From: Steroidobacteraceae bacterium
GTDB lineage: Bacteria > Pseudomonadota > Gammaproteobacteria > Steroidobacterales > Steroidobacteraceae
Direction of reading: 5' to 3'
Length of the DNA stretch: 64,000 nt
Assembly (NCBI GenBank): GCA_050738495.1
Contig: JBOHZL010000004.1
Location: 21,202-85,201, forward strand
Shown here in pieces: positions 42,313 to 50,903 of this stretch; within the stretch, counting starts at the first letter, position 1, and each line of letters starts with the position of its first letter. The position numbers were made by a program, and so were the translations under genes. The notes under the pieces are model-generated. The model searched no databases, was not told the origin of the DNA, and saw only the letters and a list, made by a program, of their open reading frames with translations.

Positions 42313-42316
42313 GCGC

Positions 42317-43345
42317 TCAGCGAAGCGACGGCCGGTAGCGGCCGACTTGCGATCGCGGACTCAGGTACCTGAGCAGCGCAGTCATCGCGAGCACCAGCAG
42401 TGCGGCACCCGCGTTGTGCGCGGTGCCGAGCCACAGCGGCCATCCCTTCCAGATCAGGTTCATGCCGATCGCGAATTGCAGGGCGAGCGCGATCGCGACC
42501 GCGGTCGCGGCGATGCGCGCGGGCGCCGTCTGGGCGCGCCGCCAGGCACCGAGCACGACCAGCGCCAATATCAGCGCGGTCAGATAGGCGCCGAGACGAT
42601 GGGTGTAGTGGATCGCCACGCGCGCCGGGGCGTCGAGCACGCCTCCTTCGTAGTCGATGCCGAGGCCGCGCCACAGCACGAAAGCGTCGGGGAAATCCAT
42701 TTCCGGCCACCAGCTTCCCTGGCAGGCCGGAAAATCCGGGCAGGCCGCGGCCGCGTAATTGCTGCTGGTCCAGCCGCCGAGGGAGATCTGCAGGAGGAGC
42801 ATCAGCATGCCGGCGATGGCGAGCCGGCGAACCGGCCGCTCGGCAGCTTTCAGCTCGCGGCGCTCGGGCGACAGCGCGAGCCACCAGAGCAGCGCGAGTG
42901 TCGCGAGCCCGCCAAGCAGGTGCAGGGTCACGATCAGCGGCTTCAGCAGGAGCGTCACGGTCCACATGCCGAGCAGGGCCTGCAGCACCAGCAGCACCAC
43001 GATCACCCAGGGCAGCACCCGCGGCTGCGCGGGGTCGCGCCGGTTCCAGACCGAGAGGGTGGCGAGCCCGAGCACGAGCAGTCCGAGCGCGCCGACGATG
43101 TAGCGGTGCAGCATTTCGTTGAGCGCTTTCTGGTAGTCGAAGGGCCGCGCCGGGCTTTCGGCGCTGATCGCCGCGGCGCGTTCCACGGCCTGCGCAGGAT
43201 GCAGCTGGCCGTAGCACCCGGGCCAGTCCGGGCAGCCGAGGCCGGCATGGGTCAGGCGCACCCAGGCGCCGACCACGACGACGATCGCGCACAGCAGCGC
43301 GGCGATGAGCGCTGCCCGGCGAAACCAGCCCAATCGCCGCGTCAT
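42317..43345 (-). CDS. ctaA: heme A synthase (COX15/CtaA)
   Basis: 342 aa, 8 TM, conserved His pairs (…HR..G…, …IHYTHR…). Lies in the cox assembly cluster. Confidence 0.88.
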   Translation of the reverse strand: MTRRLGWFRRAALIAALLCAIVVVVGAWVRLTHAGLGCPDWPGCYGQLHPAQAVERAAAISAESPARPFDYQKALNEMLHRYIVGALGLLVLGLATLSVWNRRDPAQPRVLPWVIVVLLVLQALLGMWTVTLLLKPLIVTLHLLGGLATLALLWWLALSPERRELKAAERPVRRLAIAGMLMLLLQISLGGWTSSNYAAAACPDFPACQGSWWPEMDFPDAFVLWRGLGIDYEGGVLDAPARVAIHYTHRLGAYLTALILALVVLGAWRRAQTAPARIAATAVAIALALQFAIGMNLIWKGWPLWLGTAHNAGAALLVLAMTALLRYLSPRSQVGRYRPSLR

Positions 43346-43355
43346 CCCGATTCCC

Positions 43356-43955
43356 TCAGCCGATGTTCGACAGGCGGAGCAGGCGCTCGAGATCCTCGAG
43401 CAGTCCGCGCGACCGGCCGGTCGCAGGGTAACTCAGGATCAGGCTGCCACGCGGGTCCACTATATATAGGCCGGCGCCGCCACCCGGGGCGGGCGGGAAG
43501 AGATTCCGCAATGCCGCGCCCTCGGGGCCCGGCGCACCGAGCACCAGGAGATCGCGTCCCGGTCCCGCCTGGACATCCGTGCTGCAACAGCCGCCCGAGT
43601 GCAGGAGCACGCGCGTCACGCGCGACATGTTCCGGCCGAGCGCAAGCCGCAGGCGCCGCGACTCGGCGAGCGCGTCCAGGCAGCGGTCGTCGCACTCGCC
43701 CTCGACCAGGTGCACCAGGAACCAGCTTCCGCGCAGCGCGTCCGAGGCGATGACGCCGCCATCGGGCATGAGCAGCGGCGTGAGCGGCAGCGGGCGCGGC
43801 GGCTCGACCAGTTCGCCGTGCTGGACGCTGCCGCCCGGACGCCAGCCCGAGCCGAAATAGATCCAGGCAGCGAAGGCGAGCGGCGCGAAGAAAAGCAGCG
43901 CGACCAGCAGCAAGTGCCGGCGGCCTGCACGCTGTTCGGGGGTCGGCGTCGTCAT
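43356..43955 (-). CDS. cox-cluster membrane-anchored hypothetical protein with CxxxC motif (SCO-like?)
   Basis: From MTTPTPEQRAGRRHLLLVALLFFAPLAFAAW (one TM), then ...WFLVHLVEGECDDRC..., reminiscent of the SCO1/SenC thioredoxin fold. ATGA overlap with SURF1. Confidence 0.5.
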   Translation of the reverse strand: MTTPTPEQRAGRRHLLLVALLFFAPLAFAAWIYFGSGWRPGGSVQHGELVEPPRPLPLTPLLMPDGGVIASDALRGSWFLVHLVEGECDDRCLDALAESRRLRLALGRNMSRVTRVLLHSGGCCSTDVQAGPGRDLLVLGAPGPEGAALRNLFPPAPGGGAGLYIVDPRGSLILSYPATGRSRGLLEDLERLLRLSNIG

Positions 43956-44683
43956 GACGGCTGCGCCTGGCGCCGCCGGCTGGTTGCGAACCAGATGGCG
44001 ATCGCAAGCGCCGCGAAGGCGAACCACTGCACCGCATAGCCCAGGTGGCGGTCGGCTGCGGTGCCGGGAATGGTCCAGGCGCGGACATAGCCATCCGGCT
44101 GGTCGGCGTCGAGCAGGATCACGCGCGGTTTCAGATCCCGATCGAGGGCGGAAGACAGTTCCTCGATACGCGGGAACTGAACCAGCCGCGGCCAGCCCTT
44201 CGCCGGCGGCGATTCCAGCTCGACCGGTGGCCGCGGCAATTCGTCGAGCCGACCGGTAACCCTGCGCGGCCAGTCCGTCACCGCGACATCGGGCAGATCC
44301 TGGCGCGTGGCGCCATAGGGGAGCCAGCCGCGATTCACCAGCACCGCTTCGCCATCGTCGAGCAGCAACGGCGTCAACACCTGCACCCCCGGTCTGCCCG
44401 CATGACTCATGTTGTCGAGCAGGAACTGGCGCTCGTGGTCGTAGTTGCCGCGCACGGTCACCCGCTGATAGCGCGGGAGCGTGGCGCCGCCGGCATTCAG
44501 TACGAGCGCCGGTCCGGAAGCGGCGAAATCGGCGGCCAGCGCCCGCTTCCCGGCCGCCCGGCCGAGCTGCCAGTTGCCGAGGGCGACGAACAGCAGGACC
44601 GCGGCCAGGGCCGCGAGGCTGGGCACGAGCCGCGGCGCGAATCGCGATCGGACCCGATTCAGCACCGGGCTATACTCGCGCAT
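43952..44683 (-). CDS. SURF1 family cytochrome oxidase assembly protein
   Basis: 243 aa from MREYSPV. ...LGNWQL.R...K..., ...VLVNRGW.P... and C-terminal ...HLGYA.QWF.FA... motifs. The ORF-track start at 45028 lies far upstream in non-conserved sequence. Confidence 0.85.
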   Translation of the reverse strand: MREYSPVLNRVRSRFAPRLVPSLAALAAVLLFVALGNWQLGRAAGKRALAADFAASGPALVLNAGGATLPRYQRVTVRGNYDHERQFLLDNMSHAGRPGVQVLTPLLLDDGEAVLVNRGWLPYGATRQDLPDVAVTDWPRRVTGRLDELPRPPVELESPPAKGWPRLVQFPRIEELSSALDRDLKPRVILLDADQPDGYVRAWTIPGTAADRHLGYAVQWFAFAALAIAIWFATSRRRQAQPS

Positions 44684-44704
44684 CCGGGCAAGCGGGGCGG
44701 ACAC

Positions 44705-44920
44705 ATGACGGGCGTCAAGTGGCTGGTGCTGGCCATCTTCTTCGCGATCATCCTGAGCCTGGTATCGGCCATGGTGCACCTGGTGCACGACTACAAGGGC
44801 GAATCGCGGCGCATGGTGCGCGCGCTCACGGTCCGCATCGGCCTGTCCATCGTACTGTTCATCGTGCTGTGGATGACCTGGAAGTTGGGCCTGATCGAGC
44901 CGCACGGCGTCGGCGGCTGA
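44705..44920 (+). CDS. twin-transmembrane-helix small protein (DUF2909)
   Basis: 71 aa, MTGVKWLVLAIFFAIILSL...RMVRALT.RIGLSIVLFI. Divergent from SURF1, as is usual in cox clusters. Confidence 0.75.
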   Translation: MTGVKWLVLAIFFAIILSLVSAMVHLVHDYKGESRRMVRALTVRIGLSIVLFIVLWMTWKLGLIEPHGVGG

Positions 44921-44924
44921 GGGC

Positions 44925-45455
44925 TCACCCGGCCGCGCCGCGGAGCGCGCGGATCGACGGCAGGTTGCGCCAGGCGCCTGCGACATCCATCCCGAACCCG
45001 AACACGAAGCGGTCCGGCACCGCGACACCGGTGAAGTCCGCCGCGATCGCAGCGGGCGTCCCGCGTTCCTTGACCGCGAAGGCGGCGATCAGCACCTCGA
45101 GCGCGCCCTGTTCGATGAGTCGCGCGCGGATGGTCGCGAGCGTGCGACCCTCGTCCAGGATGTCGTCGAGCAGCAGCACGACGCGGCCGCGCACCGGTTC
45201 GTGCGGACCCGCGATCCATACCAGTTCTCCGCCGGTCGTGTTCTCGCCGTAGCGGCGCACGTGCACATAGCTGCAGTCGAGCTCGAAGCCGAGCCGCGGC
45301 AGCAACTGGCCCGCGAACACCTGGCCGCCGTTCATCACGGTGATCGCGACCGGCCGCCGCCCCGCGAGCCGGGCATCGATCGACGCCGCCATGCGATCGA
45401 GTGCGGCCTGCACCTCGGCGGCACTCACGACTTCGTCCGATGGGGGCATGCTCAT
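44925..45455 (-). CDS. hpt: hypoxanthine-guanine phosphoribosyltransferase
   Basis: 176 aa. PRPP-binding motif VVLLLDDILDEGRTL and ...PDRFVFGFGMD... Only the last 176 codons of the 575-aa track ORF are used. Confidence 0.85.
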   Translation of the reverse strand: MSMPPSDEVVSAAEVQAALDRMAASIDARLAGRRPVAITVMNGGQVFAGQLLPRLGFELDCSYVHVRRYGENTTGGELVWIAGPHEPVRGRVVLLLDDILDEGRTLATIRARLIEQGALEVLIAAFAVKERGTPAAIAADFTGVAVPDRFVFGFGMDVAGAWRNLPSIRALRGAAG

Positions 45456-46504
45456 GGCTTGATGACACTGCGGACAGCGTCGCGGAATGCCTCCAGGTCG
45501 TCCAGCACGCCATTGATCGCCGCGGCCTCGAGCGGCACGACGCGGCTGACCACGCCTGACAGGTCGAGCTCGCCCCGCACGACGAGGTCCAGCAGCTCCT
45601 GAAGCTCGGTCGCCAGGTGATCGGAGACGCCGATGATCTCCGCTTCCTTGTTCAGGATGTCGCGATAGGGCGAGACGGCGATGCGCTGATCCGTCAGCCC
45701 GGCGAGTGCCGCCCGCCCGCCGATGGCCAGGACCTCGATGGCCTGTTCCATGGTGCGCGGAAGTCCGATCAGCTCGAGCGAGGCATCGACACCCCGCCCG
45801 CCGGTCAGCCGCCGGATTTCCCGGACAGGATCCGCGCTGCGCGCGTCCACGGCGACGGCGCCCAGGCCTGCCGCGAGCACGAGCTTCGCAGCATTGAGGT
45901 CCACGGCAAACACTTCGGCGGCGCCGAGCGACCTCGCGAGCTGGATCGCAGAGACGCCGAGTCCGCCGGCGCCGAACACTGCAACGGTATCGCCATGACC
46001 GACCCGGGCTTTCCGCAGGGCATGCAGCGCGGTCGCGGAGGAACACATCAGGATGGCGCCGTGCTCGAACGGAATGGCGGCCGGCAACGGCAGCGCATTG
46101 CGCGCCGGAACGCAGACCAGCTCCGCAAAGCCGCCGTCCCGATGCTTGCCGATCATCTGGCCGGTGGCGCAGAACTGTTCCGCGTCGGCGCGGCAATGCA
46201 CGCATTCGCCGCAGCTGACGAGATAGTGCAGGCAGACGCGATCGCCCGCGCCGAGATGCGAGACGCCGGCGCCGACGCGGTCGATGACGCCCGCCACCTC
46301 GTGGCCGAGCGTGCAGGGATGGCGGGTCGACCCGACACCCGAGCGGTAATGCGCATCGGAGTGGCAGATGCCCGCCGCCCGGACGCGCACGACGACCTCG
46401 TCGCTGCCCGGTTCCGGGGCTTCGAGGGTCGCCTCGACCAGGCGCTCGCCGGGCGCGCGCAGGCGGATGGCCCGGTACTTGGTCTGCCGCATGCCGTTGT
46501 TCAA
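45452..46504 (-). CDS. zinc-dependent alcohol dehydrogenase family protein
   Basis: GICHSD, GHEVAGV, a C..C..C structural Zn cluster (CGECVHCRADAEQFC) and an NAD fold VFGAGGLG. The start could also be M5 (46492). Confidence 0.85.
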   Translation of the reverse strand: MNNGMRQTKYRAIRLRAPGERLVEATLEAPEPGSDEVVVRVRAAGICHSDAHYRSGVGSTRHPCTLGHEVAGVIDRVGAGVSHLGAGDRVCLHYLVSCGECVHCRADAEQFCATGQMIGKHRDGGFAELVCVPARNALPLPAAIPFEHGAILMCSSATALHALRKARVGHGDTVAVFGAGGLGVSAIQLARSLGAAEVFAVDLNAAKLVLAAGLGAVAVDARSADPVREIRRLTGGRGVDASLELIGLPRTMEQAIEVLAIGGRAALAGLTDQRIAVSPYRDILNKEAEIIGVSDHLATELQELLDLVVRGELDLSGVVSRVVPLEAAAINGVLDDLEAFRDAVRSVIKP

Positions 46505-46619
46505 GCAGCGATTCTAGCGGCACCGATGAGGCTGCGACGAAGCGGATGCCGCCCGCGCCGGGGCGTTGCGCGGTTTCCGCCGCCGGCCGGTCCCTGTTCA
46601 TAGAATCACCGTGCAAGGA

Positions 46620-46650
46620 GGGGAAAAGGCCGCAACCCTTTCCCCTTTTC
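46620..46650 (+). terminator. intrinsic-terminator-like hairpin inside the RND operon leader (possible attenuator)
   Basis: GGGGAAAAGG-ccgcaa-CCCTTTCCCC followed by TTTTC. Lies between a TAGAAT -10-like hexamer (46601-46606) and the GTG start at 46686. Confidence 0.35.
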
Positions 46651-46685
46651 ACGCATCAGTGCAAGTACGGCAGGGAGAAGCCCGC

Positions 46686-49600
46686 GTGAACCTGACGGCA
46701 AGATCGCTGAAGAGCCCGATCGGCGTGGCGGTCGGAGTGGGGCTCATCCTGGTGCTCGGCATCGTCAGCCTGATCCGGCTGCCAGTGCAGCTATTCCCGG
46801 ACATCGACGAGCCGGTCGTCACGATCTTCACCAACTGGCGCGCCGCCGCGCCGGCCGAGATCGAGTCCGAGCTGATCGAGCCGCAGGAGCAGGCGCTCCG
46901 CGGGCTGGCCGGCCTGCAGGAAATCCAGTCCTTCGCCAACGCGGGCGGCGCTTTCATCAATCTCGAGTTCGCGATCGGCACCGACATGGGCCGCACGCTG
47001 ATCGACGTGATCGCGCGCATGAACCAGCTCCCGCCGCTGCCGCGGGATGCCGATGCGCCGCGCATCTCGCTCGGCGAGAATGGCGGCAACGGGCCGAACG
47101 AGACCCTGTCCTGGTTCTTCGTGCAGCTGAAACCCGGGACACCAGGCCCGGTCGAGAACTACCGGCGCGACATCGAGGACCTGTTCCGCTCGCGGATCGA
47201 GTCGATCCCGGGCGTCGGCACGGTCAATGTCAATGCCGGCGCGCCCGACGAGCTGCGCATCGAATTCGATCCCTACCGCGCCGCCGAGCTCGGCATCCCG
47301 ATACCGTCCATCGTCGGAGTCGCCGGCAGCGCCGACGACGTTTCGGGCGGTTTCGCGGAGCTCGGCCGGCGGCAATACACGCTGCGCTTCGCCGGGCGCT
47401 ACCGGCCGGCGGACCTGGGCGAGCTGGTGCTCGACTGGCGCGACGGGCGCCCGGTCAGGCTCGCCGACGTCGCGACCATCTCGGTCGAGCGCGGTGACCG
47501 CAACTCGCTGGCGGTGCAGAACAACAACCCGGCGATCGCGATCCAGATCATCAAGGAATCCGGCGCGGACGTGCTCGCGACCCTGGAGGCCGTGAAGACC
47601 GAGATCGGCGAGCTGCGCGAGGGACCGCTCGCCGAGATGGGGCTCGCGATCGAGCAGTCCTTCGACCCGTCGGTGTTCATCAATCAGGCGCTCGGCCTGG
47701 TCGGCGGCAACCTGCTGGCCGGCATCATCCTGGCGATCGGCGTGCTGTGGCTGTTCCTGCGCCAGTTCCGCTCGACGCTGCTGGTGGCCGTCGCGATCCC
47801 GGTGTCGGTGCTGGCGACGGTGCTCATCATGCTGGTCACCGGCCACTCGCTGAACGTGATCTCGATCGCCGGCATCGCGTTCGCGGTCGGCATGACGCTC
47901 GACGCCGCGACCATCGTGCTGGAAAGCATCCTCTCGCGGCGCGAGCAAGGGCTCTCCGCCGCGCAGGCTGCGCTCGAGGGGGCGACCCGCGTGTGGCCGG
48001 CGCTGTTCGCCTCGACCCTGACGACGGTCATCGTGTTCCTGCCCGTGATCTTCATGGACAACGTCGAGGGCCAGCTCTTCGCGGACCTTGCGCTCACGAT
48101 TTCGGTGGCCATCGCGATGTCGCTGGTCGTGGCGATGACGGTGCTGCCGGTCGCGGCCGCGCGCTGGCTGAAGACCTCGGAAGCCACGCGCCGGGCGAGC
48201 GAATGGCCGCGCCGCCTCGGCGAGCGCATGGCCGCCCTGACCGACAGCCCGCGCCAGCGGCAGGTCACCATCGGCCTGTGCCTGGTCGCGCCCGCGGTGC
48301 TCACCTGGCTCCTGCTGCCGCCGATCGACTACCTGCCGCCGGTCAAGCGCGACGCGATCGACGGCTTCTTCCAGTTTCCGCCCGGCATGAACGTGGATGC
48401 GATCGAGAGCGAGGTCGTGGAGCCGATGGTGAGGCGTCTCGAGCCCTACATGGCCGGCGAGAAGGAACCGAGGCTCAAGAACTACTACATCCTGATCTTC
48501 CCCGGCGGCGGCACGATCGGCGCGCGCCCGCTCGATCCCTCGAAGATCGACGAGCTCGGCAAGATCGTGAAAGAGGAGATCACCAGCGGATTCCCCGACC
48601 TGGAGGTATTCGCGCAGCAGGGCAACCTGTTCGGCGGCTTCGGCGACGGGCGCAACATCGAAGTGCGCCTGCAATCCTCGGACTACGACGCGTTGCTGGC
48701 CACCGCGCGGAAGGCGCAGGACATCATCACCGAGAAGATGCCGGGCGCGGAGGTGCGCTCGTTCCAGGACCTGGAGCTCGCCGAGCCGGAGCTGCGCCTG
48801 GTGCCGGACGACCGGCGGATCAGCGAGTCGGGCTGGAACCGCGCGAATGTCGCGACGGTGGTGCGCGCGCTCGGCGACGGCATCTGGGTCGGCGAGCATT
48901 TCGACGGCGAGCGCCGGCTCGACATGATCCTGCGGGCGCAGGGCTGGGAAAGCCCGGACGCGCTCGCGGCGGTGCCGGTCGCGACCCCCACGGGTGGCGT
49001 CGTGCGCCTGGGCGAGCTGGTATCGATCGAGCCGACCGTCACCAGCACCGGGCTTCGCCGGGTGGACGGCCGGCGCACCATCGGCATCAATGTCATCGCG
49101 CCACCGGGCATGTCCCTGCAGCAGGCGATGCAGAAGCTCGAGACGGACGTGGATCCCGCGATCCGGCCGCTGTTGCCGCCCGACGGCGGTATCCGCTATG
49201 CCGGCGATGCGGGCAGCCTGGAGACCGCGCTCGCGGACATGCGCGTCAACATCGGCCTCGCGCTGCTCGTGCTGTTCCTGTTGATGGCGGCGCTGTTCCG
49301 CTCGGCCAGGGACAGCCTGCTCGTCATGCTGACCGTGCCGCTCGCGAGCCTGGGCGGCGTGCTCGGCATCCGGCTTCTGAACCTGTTCACGCCGCAGACC
49401 CTCGACATGCTGACGATGGTCGGCTTCATCATCCTGCTGGGCGCCGCCGTCAACAACGCGATCCTGCTGGTCGACAGCACGCGCTCGGCGGAGCGCGCGG
49501 GCATGGACCGCCGCGACGCCGTGCGGAGCGCGCTCGAGCAGCGCACGCGGCCGATCTTCGCGACTTCGCTCGGCCAGCTCGCCGGCCTCCTGCCGATGAT

Positions 49601-49781
49601 CCTCGTGCCCGGGCCGGGCGCGGCGCTCTATCGCGGCCTCGGCACGGTCATCGCCGGCGGCATGCTGCTCAACACGTTATTCATGCTGGTGCTGCTGCCG
49701 GCCCTGTTGCGCCTCGGCGAGCCCGCTGCCAGCGCCGCAGCCGAAGCCGCGCCCCGCGGCGCTGTCGAGGAAGGTGCCTGA
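46686..49781 (+). CDS. RND efflux transporter permease (AcrB/AcrD/AcrF family)
   Basis: ~1031 aa from a GTG with GGGAGAAG RBS. N-terminal ...IRLPVQLFPDIDEPVVTI..., 12 TM in a 1+5/1+5 layout with two large periplasmic loops. Confidence 0.88.
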   Translation: MNLTARSLKSPIGVAVGVGLILVLGIVSLIRLPVQLFPDIDEPVVTIFTNWRAAAPAEIESELIEPQEQALRGLAGLQEIQSFANAGGAFINLEFAIGTDMGRTLIDVIARMNQLPPLPRDADAPRISLGENGGNGPNETLSWFFVQLKPGTPGPVENYRRDIEDLFRSRIESIPGVGTVNVNAGAPDELRIEFDPYRAAELGIPIPSIVGVAGSADDVSGGFAELGRRQYTLRFAGRYRPADLGELVLDWRDGRPVRLADVATISVERGDRNSLAVQNNNPAIAIQIIKESGADVLATLEAVKTEIGELREGPLAEMGLAIEQSFDPSVFINQALGLVGGNLLAGIILAIGVLWLFLRQFRSTLLVAVAIPVSVLATVLIMLVTGHSLNVISIAGIAFAVGMTLDAATIVLESILSRREQGLSAAQAALEGATRVWPALFASTLTTVIVFLPVIFMDNVEGQLFADLALTISVAIAMSLVVAMTVLPVAAARWLKTSEATRRASEWPRRLGERMAALTDSPRQRQVTIGLCLVAPAVLTWLLLPPIDYLPPVKRDAIDGFFQFPPGMNVDAIESEVVEPMVRRLEPYMAGEKEPRLKNYYILIFPGGGTIGARPLDPSKIDELGKIVKEEITSGFPDLEVFAQQGNLFGGFGDGRNIEVRLQSSDYDALLATARKAQDIITEKMPGAEVRSFQDLELAEPELRLVPDDRRISESGWNRANVATVVRALGDGIWVGEHFDGERRLDMILRAQGWESPDALAAVPVATPTGGVVRLGELVSIEPTVTSTGLRRVDGRRTIGINVIAPPGMSLQQAMQKLETDVDPAIRPLLPPDGGIRYAGDAGSLETALADMRVNIGLALLVLFLLMAALFRSARDSLLVMLTVPLASLGGVLGIRLLNLFTPQTLDMLTMVGFIILLGAAVNNAILLVDSTRSAERAGMDRRDAVRSALEQRTRPIFATSLGQLAGLLPMILVPGPGAALYRGLGTVIAGGMLLNTLFMLVLLPALLRLGEPAASAAAEAAPRGAVEEGA

Positions 49782-50899
49782 TGAACAGTCTGCAGACCCG
49801 CCGTTCCGTTGCATGGAGCGCGGCGCTGGCCGCGCTGGCCGTGTCCTCCCTCGCGGCGAGCGCGGCCGGGGCGCAGCAGGCCGAGCAGCCGCCTGCCCCG
49901 GTCACGGTCGCAGCGGTCGTCAACGGCCGTCTCGCCGCGATGGTCACGGCGACCGGCACCGTCATCAGCCGCAACGACGCCCGGCTCGCGGCGGAAGTGA
50001 CGGGCCGCCTCGACTGGGTCGCGGAGCCCGGCACCAAGGTGGCGAAGGGCGCGGCGCTTGCGCGCGTGGATGCCCGGGCACTGGAGCTGACGCTGCGCGA
50101 GAACGACGCCGCGATCGCGCGGCTCGCCGCGAACGCCGAGCTCCTCGGCACCCAGCTCGCGCGGCTCAATGCACTGCCGGCCGGGATCGCGTCGAAGAGC
50201 CAGATCGACGAGGCCGCGGCGCGGCTGGCCATGGCGAGGCACGAGCTCGAGCAGTCGCGCGCGACGCGCGACAACACGCGCCACCTGATCGAGCGCGCGG
50301 TGATCCGCGCGCCATTCCCCGGCCACGTGGTCGAGCGCATCCGCCAGCTCGGCGAGTTCGTGTCGGCCGGCACCGAGGTGCTGCGCCTGACCGACACCGG
50401 CAACGTCGAGGTGGTCGCGCGCGCGCCGGTCTCAGAAGCCGGTCACCTGGCGGTCGGCCAGGCGGTCACCGTGCGCGGCACTGCGCGCGAGGCCGAGAGC
50501 AGAATCCGCGCCATCGTGCCGGTCGGCGACGAGCGCTCGCGGATGATCGAGGTGCGGGTCGCGATGAACGGCGCCGGCTGGCCGATCGGGTCGGCAGTGC
50601 GCGTGGACCTGCCGGCGGCCCGGCAGGGTGCCGGTCTGCTGGTGCCGCGCGACGCCGTCATCGTGCGCGCCGACGGTGCGCACGTTTACCGCGTCGGCAA
50701 GGGCGATGTCGCCGAACGCATCGCAGTGCGGGTCGGCAACGGCGATTCGAATCGCGTCGAGATCACGGGCCGTCTGGCGGCCGGCGACCGGGTGGTCGTG
50801 CGCGGCGGGGAACGCCTGCGGCCCGGACAGGCGGTGAAGATCGCCGCGAATCCGACCTCGGCGCTCGCCATCTCGCGAACTCCGAAGCCGAGGACATGA
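49781..50899 (+). CDS. RND efflux periplasmic adaptor (membrane fusion protein)
   Basis: 372 aa from MNSLQTRRS with a signal sequence. Lipoyl/hairpin/beta-barrel pattern (…AEVTGRL.WV.EPG..V.KGA.LARVD…IRAPF.G.V…). The ATG shares 1 nt with the permease stop. Confidence 0.85.
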   Translation: MNSLQTRRSVAWSAALAALAVSSLAASAAGAQQAEQPPAPVTVAAVVNGRLAAMVTATGTVISRNDARLAAEVTGRLDWVAEPGTKVAKGAALARVDARALELTLRENDAAIARLAANAELLGTQLARLNALPAGIASKSQIDEAAARLAMARHELEQSRATRDNTRHLIERAVIRAPFPGHVVERIRQLGEFVSAGTEVLRLTDTGNVEVVARAPVSEAGHLAVGQAVTVRGTAREAESRIRAIVPVGDERSRMIEVRVAMNGAGWPIGSAVRVDLPAARQGAGLLVPRDAVIVRADGAHVYRVGKGDVAERIAVRVGNGDSNRVEITGRLAAGDRVVVRGGERLRPGQAVKIAANPTSALAISRTPKPRT

Positions 50900-50903
50900 C
50901 AGC

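Noticed and set aside
44925-46652. 575-aa minus-strand ORF that appears to be one large protein
   Set aside because: Only the last 176 codons (44925-45455) look like a real protein (Hpt). The upstream part overlaps the well-supported Zn-ADH gene in another frame and is Arg/Gly/Pro-rich noise. The same reasoning trimmed the N-terminal extensions of the ORFs at 6848-7597, 13405-15666, 15474-16874, 16757-17878, 16807-19224, 19227-20636, 20504-22000, 24249-26228, 28670-28963, 28950-29639, 36031-36729, 43952-45028, 51841-53847 and 57731-59488.
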